Shown here: positions 18,172 through 25,564 of the stretch, in pieces
Layout: each line of letters opens with the position of its first letter
How positions within the stretch are numbered: the first letter of the stretch is position 1
Assembly (NCBI GenBank): GCA_045807625.1
Contig: JBJMHA010000085.1
Span: 38,831 to 102,830, forward strand
DNA length: 64,000 nucleotides
DNA from: Thermoanaerobaculia bacterium
GTDB lineage: Bacteria; Acidobacteriota; Thermoanaerobaculia; Multivoradales; UBA5704
Direction of reading: 5' to 3'
Translations under genes and position numbers: made by a program
Notes under the pieces: generated by a model
The model's input: only the letters and a program-made list of their open reading frames with translations
What the model was told of the DNA's origin: nothing
Databases searched by the model: none

Positions 18172-18561
18172 AATCTCCTCCTTAGTCGCGCGCCGCCAGC
18201 AAGCCGCCGCCGAGTAGGCCAGGGGGCCTTACGGCCCCCCAGCCCCTCTAAGAACCGTACGTGCGAGTTTCCCCGCATACGGCTCAAGCACCTCAAAGGC
18301 CGATCCCTTGATCGAACCCGGCTGCCCCTTACGGGACAACCTTCGCGATACTAACATGGTAGGCACCAGGCTCTGGACTCGCCAGAGGAGGGGCTGCACC
18401 GGCGGGTGGTCGAACCACCTCCACCTCTCTTTGCTCTTCCCGTTTAAGGGTGTTCTCGGGGGGCGAGGTGCCATCCGATTCGCGGCGGTTTACCCCCCTC
18501 GCAAACCCAAGTGGTTCTAGGGTGAATCAGATTCGGGACCGATTTTACGTCTTCATAGGGT

Positions 18562-19482
18562 ATGAGCCGACGACTCCGCTTCATCCCCGAAGGAGGAGCC
18601 CTGGTGGAGGTGACCTGCCGGTCGCTCCACAGCCGTCTCCTGTTCCGTCCCAGTCCCGTGCTGAACCAGATCATCATCGGGACTCTCGCCCGGGCCAAGC
18701 AGCGCCACCAGGTCCGGGTCTGTTTCTTCGTCGGCGTCTCCAATCATATGCATCTCTTGCTATGGGTTGAGGACGCCCAAGTGCTATCCAAGTTTATGGG
18801 CTACTTCCTATCGAAGCTGGCGCGGGAGGTCGGGCGCCTGACCGGCTGGAAGGAGAAGATCTTCGGCCGGCGCTACCAGGCCATCGTGGTCAGCCCCGAG
18901 GAGGCCGCCCAGGTCGAGCGACTCCGCTACGGGCTCGCGCACGGCGCGAAAGAGGACCTTGTGGACCGGCCCCGGGATTGGCCCGGAGTCCACGCCGTGC
19001 GGGCGTTGCTCGAAGGCGAGGTCCTGGAAGGGCTCTGGTTCGACCGCACCCAGGAGTACCTGGCGCGCCGCCGTGGCGAGAAGTTTGACCGCCTTCAGTA
19101 CGCGACGCGGGAGGTGCTGGAGCTCGATCCGCTGCCCTGCTGGGAGCACCTGACGGCAGAGCAGAGGCGCGTCCGGATCGCGGCCCTGGTGGAGGACATC
19201 GAGTCCGAGGTCGCCGTCCGGAGGAAGAAGACGGGCGCCAAGCCTCTGGGTGTGGCGGCCGTCCTGGCCAAGAATCCGCTCCAGCGACCGAAGAAGACCA
19301 AAAAGTCGCCCGCGCCGGCTTTCCATGCGGCGAGCAGGGCCGTGCGCCGCGGGCTCTGGGACGCCTACTCCCTGTTCGTCGCGGCCTACCGTACCGCGGC
19401 TGAGAAGCTCCGGGCCGGGATCCGCGACGTGGTCTTCCCCCGGGGGAGCTTCCCGCCACCGTTGCCGTTCGTGGGTGGATAG
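18562..19482 (+). CDS. REP-associated tyrosine transposase (RAYT; IS200/IS605-like Y1 HuH transposase family)
   Basis: 306 aa; HuH motif in VSNHMHLLLWVED, downstream catalytic-Tyr region GRRYQAIVV; window contains multiple GTAG-headed REP/REPIN palindromes, the known substrates of RAYTs. Confidence 0.7.
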   Translation: MSRRLRFIPEGGALVEVTCRSLHSRLLFRPSPVLNQIIIGTLARAKQRHQVRVCFFVGVSNHMHLLLWVEDAQVLSKFMGYFLSKLAREVGRLTGWKEKIFGRRYQAIVVSPEEAAQVERLRYGLAHGAKEDLVDRPRDWPGVHAVRALLEGEVLEGLWFDRTQEYLARRRGEKFDRLQYATREVLELDPLPCWEHLTAEQRRVRIAALVEDIESEVAVRRKKTGAKPLGVAAVLAKNPLQRPKKTKKSPAPAFHAASRAVRRGLWDAYSLFVAAYRTAAEKLRAGIRDVVFPRGSFPPPLPFVGG

Positions 19483-19637
19483 GCCGGCGCAGCAGTGTTC
19501 TTGACCTGATGGAAACTGACCACGGCGCTCCGGGAGGAGTGGACAGCGGAGGTGTGTCCAGGTGAACTGTTCGGGCGAGGATACCGGAAGCGGATGTCGG
19601 CAATCTCGGTCGAATTTGGGGTAGGGAGATACCCGGA

Positions 19638-19737
19638 GGACGCCGAAAGGCTCTTGGCGAGGGGCACCCGAGCGGAAGAGAGCGGAGAATAGGTGCCTAT
19701 TGAGGATTGGCTACGTAGATTAGGATGGCACCTGTTC
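19638..19737. repeat. Right direct repeat (intact copy of the sequence duplicated at 16669-16925)
   Basis: gccgaaaggctcttggcgaggggcacccgagcggaagagagcggagaataggtgcctattgaggattggctacgtagattaggatggcacctgttc; the upstream part of the repeat (19384-19447) lies inside the RAYT 3' coding end. Confidence 0.55.
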
Positions 19738-19850
19738 CCCCCTGGATCTGTAGAGGCTCGCCTCGCGGATTTGGCGGCTCGCCTCGCGGGGCGAGCCGCG
19801 CACGCCGCGGGCGGGAACAAAGCGGCCCCCCTCCCGGTTACAATCTCTCT

Positions 19851-21851
19851 ATGGCAGGCTTCCAGCTCGTATCCAAGTTCACCCCCCAGGGGGACCAGCC
19901 CGAGGCGATCCGCCAGCTCACGGAGGGGCTGGAGCGGGGGGACAAGGAGCAGGTGCTGCTCGGAGTCACCGGCTCCGGCAAGACCTTCACCATCGCCAAG
20001 GTCATCGAGAAGGTCAACCGGCCGACGCTCGTCCTCTCCCACAACAAGACCCTCGCCGCGCAGCTCTTCCAGGAGTTCCGCAGCTTCTTCCCCCACAACT
20101 CGGTCGAGTATTTCGTCTCCTACTACGACTACTACCAGCCGGAGGCCTACGTCCCAGCCACCGACACCTACATCGAGAAAGAGACCAGCATCAACGAGGA
20201 GATCGACCGCCTCCGCCTGCGCGCCACCAAATCCCTGTTCGAGCGGCGGGACGTGATTATCGTGGCTTCCGTCTCCTGCATTTATGGTCTGGGCTCCCCC
20301 GAGGCCTTCTTCGGCATGCTCCAGTTCTTCAGCCAAGGGGACACCGAGGGGATGGACGCCGCGCTCAAGCGGCTGGTCACCATGCAGTACGAGCGCACCC
20401 AGCTCGACCTCTACCACGGCAGCTTCCGGGTGCGCGGCGACGTGCTGGAGATCCTCCCGTCCTACGAGGAGGTCGGCATCCGGGTCGAATATTTCGGCGA
20501 CGAGGTCGAGCGCATCACCCGCTTCGACGTGCTGCGGGGGGAGACCCTCCAGCAGATCGACCGCATCGCGGTCTATCCCAAGACCCACTACGTCACTCCC
20601 AAGTCGCGGCTGGAGCGGGCCGTCGAGACCATCGCCGAGGAGCTGAAGGAGCGGCTCGACGTGCTGGAGGCCGAGGGCAAGCTCCTCGAGCGCCAGCGCC
20701 TGGAGCAGCGCACCCGCTTCGACCTCGAGATGCTCAAGGAGATCGGCTATTGCCACGGCATCGAGAACTACTCGCGCCACCTCTCCGGCCGCGCCCCGGG
20801 CGAGCCGCCGCCGACCCTCTTCGACTACTTCCCCGACGACTTCCTCCTGGTGGTCGACGAGAGCCATCAGTCCCTGCCGCAGGTGCGCGGCATGTACGCC
20901 GGCGACCGCTCGCGCAAGCAGACGCTGGTCGACTTCGGCTTCCGCCTCCCCTCGGCGCTCGACAACCGGCCGCTCACCTGGGACGAGTTCGACGCCCGCA
21001 TGGGGCAGCGGATCTACGTCTCGGCCACGCCGGCCCCGATGGAGCTGGAGCGCACGGGGGGCGTGATCGTCGAGCAGCTCATCCGTCCCACCGGCCTGCT
21101 CGATCCGGTGATCGACATCCGTCCGGCCCAGGGGCAGGTGGACGACCTCGTGGGCGAGGTCCGCAAGGTGGTGGCCAACAAGGAGCGGGTGCTGGTGACC
21201 ACGCTGACCAAGCGGATGGCCGAGGAGCTCACCCAGTACCTCAACGAGCTGGGGGTCCGCGTCCGCTACATGCACAGCGACATCGAGACCCTGGAGCGGG
21301 TGGAGATCGTGACCGGCCTGCGCCGCGGCGACTTCGACGTCCTGGTGGGGATCAACCTGCTGCGCGAGGGGCTCGACCTGCCGGAGGTCTCGCTGGTGGC
21401 CATCCTCGACGCGGACAAGGAGGGGTTCCTGCGCAGCGAGACCTCGCTGATCCAGACCTCCGGCCGGGCCGCCCGCAACGTCAACGGCCGGGTGATCTAC
21501 TACGCCGACCACATGACCGACTCGATGCAGAGGGCGATCGGCGAGACCGAGCGCCGCCGCGTCAAGCAGGGGGAGTACAACCAGGAGCACGGGATCGAGC
21601 CGGCGACCATCCTGAAGGACATCCACAACCCGCTGGTCCAGATGATGAACCTCGACCTCTACGCCGCGGGCGGCCCGCCGCGCCTGCGCGCCGGGGCCGA
21701 TGGCGACGGCTCGGAGCTGCCGATCGCCGAGCGCATCTCCCGTCTGGAGAAGGAGATGCGCGCCGCCGCCAAGCGCCTGGAGTTCGAGGAGGCCGCGGCG
21801 ATGCGCGACCAGATCCGGGAGCTGCGGGAGCTCCAGATCTACGCCGGATAA
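19851..21851 (+). CDS. uvrB: Excinuclease ABC subunit B
   Basis: [49 protein letters not shown]... full-length UvrB with helicase motifs and C-terminal UvrC-interaction helix; GGTTACAAT -10-like element ends 6 nt before the ATG. Confidence 0.95.
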   Translation: MAGFQLVSKFTPQGDQPEAIRQLTEGLERGDKEQVLLGVTGSGKTFTIAKVIEKVNRPTLVLSHNKTLAAQLFQEFRSFFPHNSVEYFVSYYDYYQPEAYVPATDTYIEKETSINEEIDRLRLRATKSLFERRDVIIVASVSCIYGLGSPEAFFGMLQFFSQGDTEGMDAALKRLVTMQYERTQLDLYHGSFRVRGDVLEILPSYEEVGIRVEYFGDEVERITRFDVLRGETLQQIDRIAVYPKTHYVTPKSRLERAVETIAEELKERLDVLEAEGKLLERQRLEQRTRFDLEMLKEIGYCHGIENYSRHLSGRAPGEPPPTLFDYFPDDFLLVVDESHQSLPQVRGMYAGDRSRKQTLVDFGFRLPSALDNRPLTWDEFDARMGQRIYVSATPAPMELERTGGVIVEQLIRPTGLLDPVIDIRPAQGQVDDLVGEVRKVVANKERVLVTTLTKRMAEELTQYLNELGVRVRYMHSDIETLERVEIVTGLRRGDFDVLVGINLLREGLDLPEVSLVAILDADKEGFLRSETSLIQTSGRAARNVNGRVIYYADHMTDSMQRAIGETERRRVKQGEYNQEHGIEPATILKDIHNPLVQMMNLDLYAAGGPPRLRAGADGDGSELPIAERISRLEKEMRAAAKRLEFEEAAAMRDQIRELRELQIYAG

Positions 21852-21894
21852 CTGCGCCCGACAACCGCCAGCCGATCCGGAGCGTCCGTCTCCG

Positions 21895-22132
21895 GGGGGA
21901 GCTTTGCGTCTTTTGGGGAGCCCCGCGTCCCATCGGGGGGAAGTCTTCCCCTTTTTTGGGGAGCCTTCCCCTTTTTAGGAGGAGCCCTCCCCTCTTTTGG
22001 GGAGCCTTCCCCTTTTTTGGGGGACCGTTCCCCACTTTTGGGGAACCCTCCCCCTTTTTTGGGGAGGCCTCCCCTTTTTGGGGGAATCATTCCCCAATTT
22101 TGGGGAGCCTTCCCCTTTTTGGGGAGACCCCT
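21895..22132. repeat. Tandem array of ~10 degenerate 20-21-bp units, each a mini-hairpin plus T-run (consensus TTCCCCTTTTTTGGGGAGCC)
   Basis: cttttggggagcc ttcccctttttaggaggagccc tcccctcttttggggagcc ttccccttttttgggggaccg ttccccacttttggggaaccc tcccccttttttggggaggcc tcccctttttgggggaatca ttccccaattttggggagcc ttcccctttttggggagaccc; contiguous, no spacers. Immediately downstream of uvrB. Confidence 0.8.
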
Positions 22133-22180
22133 CGTCCAAAATGGGCGGCGATTGCCCCGTGAGAATCCGTGGCCCGTCGA

Positions 22181-23533
22181 TTACGAGGTGCCGTTCCCGG
22201 CTTCGAACGGGAGCCCGGGATCTCCCTCGGCGCGCCGGAGATAGGCGGCGACCTTCGCCACGAGCTCCGCGCCGGCTCTTTCGGCATCCACGGCCTGCCG
22301 GAAGAAGGTGAGGGCGGCCAGGGCCTCCCGGTGGATGTGCCGCGAGGCGAAGATCGGCACCATCTCGGCGGCCAGCCGCTTCAGATCCTCCGTCCGGCCC
22401 TGCTCGGCGTAGAGCAGCGCGAGCTCCAGCGAGACCAGGGCCGTATCGTACGGGATTCCCTCCGCGATGAAGCCGTCCCGGGCGGCCAGGAAAAGAGATT
22501 CGGCCTGCCGAAGGTGTCCTAACCCGAGCGAGATTTGCCCCTTCAGCCACTTCCTGCGGTTTTGAATCCAGGCTTCGTTGAAGCTTCTGTAGAGTGAGCG
22601 AGCTTCTTGGTAGACTTTCTGAGCTTCCAGAAACCGACCTGCGCTGGCTGTGTAGGCCGCGAGGTTGTGACGCGCACAGAGGAGAAGGCGGGGTTCTCTC
22701 TCTGGATCGACCAACTTGATTGCCCTTTGTAGGGCTGGAATAGCATCAAGAGCTTTGCCCATCTGGTTGAAGACAATCGATAGACCAACAAGAGACCGGC
22801 CCGCTCTGTGTCGCTCTCCAAGGCTGGTGAAAAGTTCCACTGCCCGCCGAAGGAGACGAAGCGCCTCTTCAAAGCGGCGCTGATCTCGGCGTAGTGAAGC
22901 CTTCAAGTCCAAGAGTATGGCTCTCTCCAGACCATCCCGCGTCCCTTTCTTCAGTTGCTGGTAGGCCTGTCCAAAGGCTTCTTCCGCCCCCTGGAAGTCG
23001 AACCGGAGCCGGCAGGCGTTGCCGACGAAGGCCCAGGCCCGCGCCCGGAGGTCCGCGATCCGCTCGGCACCATAGCGTCCGCGGTCGAGATGATCGGAGA
23101 GCCGGAGCGCCAGCAGGCCCAGACGCTCGCCGAAGGCGGGATCCTGAACGCTGGCTTCGAGGCTCCGCTCCACCAGCAGCTCGAAGACGCCCCAGGTCTG
23201 GAAACGGGGTGAATCGCGGAGAAGAAGGTCGCGGATCTCGGCGGGCTGCTCGAAGAGCTCGACGAAAAGCCCCGGCGCGTCGTCCCGCTCCCTTTCGAGG
23301 ACGGCCTCCCACTCGGAGAGCGCGCGCCGGCTCTCCGCCAGGCCCGCCTCGTAACTCCCGGCCCTGGGGTTTCCGATCGCGTCCCGCGGGTGGAGGGGAA
23401 GGGGGCGGGGGAGATAGTGGAGCTTTGATCGGCAGTAGCCGCACCAGGCAAGGTGCCGCAGGAGCGACCGGTGCCCTTCGTCGAGCGACAGCACGAGCTC
23501 CTCCAAGACATCGTCATTCGGGTGGATCTTCAC
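22181..23533 (-). CDS. Zinc-binding (HxxxCxxC, ZAS-like) TPR-repeat regulatory protein, anti-sigma-factor-like
   Basis: Start assigned to GTG 23533 (VKIHPNDDVLEELVLSLDEGHRSLLRHLAWCGYCRSKL: H-x3-C-x2-C motif); remainder is TPR-like helical repeats. Upstream part of ORF 22181..23788 looks non-coding. Confidence 0.6.
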   Translation of the reverse strand: MKIHPNDDVLEELVLSLDEGHRSLLRHLAWCGYCRSKLHYLPRPLPLHPRDAIGNPRAGSYEAGLAESRRALSEWEAVLERERDDAPGLFVELFEQPAEIRDLLLRDSPRFQTWGVFELLVERSLEASVQDPAFGERLGLLALRLSDHLDRGRYGAERIADLRARAWAFVGNACRLRFDFQGAEEAFGQAYQQLKKGTRDGLERAILLDLKASLRRDQRRFEEALRLLRRAVELFTSLGERHRAGRSLVGLSIVFNQMGKALDAIPALQRAIKLVDPEREPRLLLCARHNLAAYTASAGRFLEAQKVYQEARSLYRSFNEAWIQNRRKWLKGQISLGLGHLRQAESLFLAARDGFIAEGIPYDTALVSLELALLYAEQGRTEDLKRLAAEMVPIFASRHIHREALAALTFFRQAVDAERAGAELVAKVAAYLRRAEGDPGLPFEAGNGTS

Positions 23534-23759
23534 GCTCCTCCTCCTTCTGCCACCTCCGGCAGCTCTCGATGATGGTCCGTAGCAGCCACCCTTCCGGGTC
23601 CTCGTGCCGCAGCCGCCGCTTGGCGAGAAGCGTGCGGCAGGCGTCGTCGACGATCTCCCGGGCCCGGGGCTCCGGCACGCGATAGGCGTTGAGCACCGCC
23701 GGCAGCACCGGAGAGAGCCGTTCGAGGATCTCGACGCACGAGTCGGCCGGTCGCTCCAT
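23514..23759 (-). CDS. Small protein resembling sigma-70 region 2 of ECF sigma factors only (possible truncated sigma factor)
   Basis: 82 aa from internal ATG 23759: MERPADSCVEILERLSPVLPAVLNAYRVPEPRAREIVDDACRTLLAKRRLRHEDPEGWLLRTIIESCRRWQKEEERE; pattern resembles ECF region 2.1-2.2 (DxxQETFL...W..LY.IARN); overlaps downstream ZAS gene by ~20 nt. Weak. Confidence 0.4.
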   Translation of the reverse strand: MERPADSCVEILERLSPVLPAVLNAYRVPEPRAREIVDDACRTLLAKRRLRHEDPEGWLLRTIIESCRRWQKEEEREDPPE

Positions 23760-23821
23760 GGCGCGAAAGGGTAGCACCTCTCCACCATATCTGTTGCCGC
23801 AAAGCCGCAATTCGTGACAAG

Positions 23822-23868
23822 GAGAAAGAAGAAAAACGCCGGTTCCTGGAAACCGGGGACCGGCGTCT
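23822..23868 (-). terminator. Rho-independent terminator (minus strand)
   Basis: Minus-strand hairpin ACGCCGGT-ccccggtttccagga-ACCGGCGT followed by TTTTTCTTCTTTCTCC; located just after the 3' end (23885) of the small secreted-protein gene. Confidence 0.5.
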
Positions 23869-23884
23869 TCTGGATCGGCTACTG

Positions 23885-24139
23885 CTAGCCGTTGGGGTCT
23901 ATTTCGACTCCCCCATCGGTCGTGGGGAGCGGGGTGAGGAGGTTGGGGCGGGTGCCATTGGGGTCCATCGAGCTCCCCTCCTTGACCCGACTGGGGACAT
24001 ACGCGAGGACCCACTGCCAGAGCCCATCGAGAAAGCCCGCCGGGGCGGAACGGACGGCGAGTGGCCGGGCATGGACCGCGCCAGCCGCCAGGACGAGCAG
24101 GACCAGGGCGAGCACAAAGGAACGGATCGTTCGCTGCAT
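23885..24139 (-). CDS. Small secreted protein (84 aa), unknown function
   Basis: ATG 24139 preceded by GGAGAGGAGAGG RBS; MQRTIRSFVLALVLLVLAAGAVHA signal peptide; ends ...LTPLPTTDGGVEIDPNG. Confidence 0.5.
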   Translation of the reverse strand: MQRTIRSFVLALVLLVLAAGAVHARPLAVRSAPAGFLDGLWQWVLAYVPSRVKEGSSMDPNGTRPNLLTPLPTTDGGVEIDPNG

Positions 24140-24265
24140 CAGACCTCTCCTCTCCAGGGGGCCGCGCGCCCGGCCCCCATGGCCGGACGGGACCGCCCCA
24201 GGAGAAGAGTGGCACCTTTTCCGCGGAGAGAGGCCTGGGTGTACGATCGGCCCGGAGGAACGATC

Positions 24266-24670
24266 ATGGGCACCCAGCGCCGTTTTCCGGACGATATCGT
24301 TGCCGCGATCCGGGACGGGAAGATCCTCGGCATCCGGGCCGGAGCTCAGCCGCACCGCTTCATCGGGATCTGGGCCGTGGTGGTGGAGGGCCGGGTCTTC
24401 GTGCGCTCGTGGAGCCTCAAGCCGCGGAGCTGGTATCGCACGTTCCTCGTAGAGCCGCATGGGGCGATCCAGGCCGCCGGGCGCGAGATCCCCGTCCGCG
24501 CCGTCCACACCAGGAGCGAACGCCTGAAGGCCGCCGTCGACCAGGCCTATCTGGAGAAGTACAAGACCCCGGGATCGATCAAGTACGCCCGGGATCTCGG
24601 CGCCGAGCCGTCCCGAAATACGACTACAGAGCTCGTGCCGGAACAGGCGCCAACTCCTACTCAGAGCTGA
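24266..24670 (+). CDS. DUF2255-like small protein
   Basis: MGTQRRFPDDIVAAIRDGKILGIRAGAQPHRFIGIWAVVVEGRVFVRSWSLKPRSWYRTF matches the conserved pattern of DUF2255 family proteins. Confidence 0.55.
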   Translation: MGTQRRFPDDIVAAIRDGKILGIRAGAQPHRFIGIWAVVVEGRVFVRSWSLKPRSWYRTFLVEPHGAIQAAGREIPVRAVHTRSERLKAAVDQAYLEKYKTPGSIKYARDLGAEPSRNTTTELVPEQAPTPTQS

Positions 24671-24706
24671 CACCTGCCGGCGCCGGTGTTGATGCAGGGC
24701 CAGGCT

Positions 24707-25447
24707 TTAATCATCATCGCCCTCTCCGACGATCAACGTGTAGTTGACCCCCGTTTCCGATTGATCAGGATTGATCATGCGGAAGCTGAGGGTGTGCTCG
24801 CCGGGCTTCAGCGGTTTGAGGAGCAGGAAGTACCCGTCCGCCACCGCGGGGGAGCGATTCCCCGCGGCCACCCCGAGATCGGTGAGAAAGGACGGATTGG
24901 GAACCCGCAGGGTGAAGCCCCCAGGCTGGCTCTGGGCGCGGAAGGCGAAGAGGTCCTCCACGGGTGCTCCGTCTAGAGTGGCCTGCAAAGAGATGGCGGG
25001 CGCCACGGGGACGTCATTGTTGACGTCACACCGAACCTTCCCTACGCTGGTCGCGATTTGAAGGCAGGGATCGCCCGCCGCCGGGAAGTCGGGCGAGAAG
25101 CTCACGAACACTCCTCCCAGGGACAGGAAGATCGCCTTGCCGGCAGGCACCACGCACGTCCGGTCGGCAACGCCCTCGAAGGTGCTCGCCAGAAACCACA
25201 CCTTCCCTGCCTGGTTCCTGCCACAGAACCTTCCATCGGGGTCGAACGCCGGATTGGTCGCGATCGGCTCCGCGACCAGCCAGTTGGTCCATTCGCCGGC
25301 CAGCTCATTGTATGACTTGCCGAAGAGCTCCTGGCCGGGCTGAACGACCCTGAGCTTGTTCGTGTTTTCGTCGGCGGACGCCACCGCCGCCATCAGAAGT
25401 CCCATCACCACGACTGTGCTTTGCCAAAGTTTCCTGTTCAGTTTCAT
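24707..25447 (-). CDS. Secreted protein of unknown function
   Basis: ATG 25447 with AAGGAGA RBS (spacing 6); signal peptide MKLNRKLWQSTVVVMGLLMAAVASA; 246 aa, beta-rich, no recognisable domain. Confidence 0.6.
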   Translation of the reverse strand: MKLNRKLWQSTVVVMGLLMAAVASADENTNKLRVVQPGQELFGKSYNELAGEWTNWLVAEPIATNPAFDPDGRFCGRNQAGKVWFLASTFEGVADRTCVVPAGKAIFLSLGGVFVSFSPDFPAAGDPCLQIATSVGKVRCDVNNDVPVAPAISLQATLDGAPVEDLFAFRAQSQPGGFTLRVPNPSFLTDLGVAAGNRSPAVADGYFLLLKPLKPGEHTLSFRMINPDQSETGVNYTLIVGEGDDD

Positions 25448-25564
25448 GGCCATTCTCCTTATGAGCTCAAGAGGGATGCGCCGGTCCGTGTCATGGACGT
25501 CCGGCAGGGGATCGGGGGTGCACAATTGCTGATTCATTTTCGTTTCCTTTCCTTCAAGTCCGGT

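Noticed and set aside
18357-18428. Segment tested as a canonical tRNA gene on either strand
   Set aside because: No acceptable acceptor/anticodon arms could be folded by hand; only a T-arm-like hairpin is present, so reported only as a possible tmRNA/tRNA-like remnant.
19386-21626. 746-aa minus-strand ORF antisense to uvrB
   Set aside because: Antisense to an unambiguous UvrB; tail runs through repeat DNA.
21895-22132. Repetitive array considered as a CRISPR locus
   Set aside because: Units are contiguous 20-21-bp degenerate copies with no unique spacers and no cas genes nearby; it is a tandem repeat, not repeat-spacer architecture.
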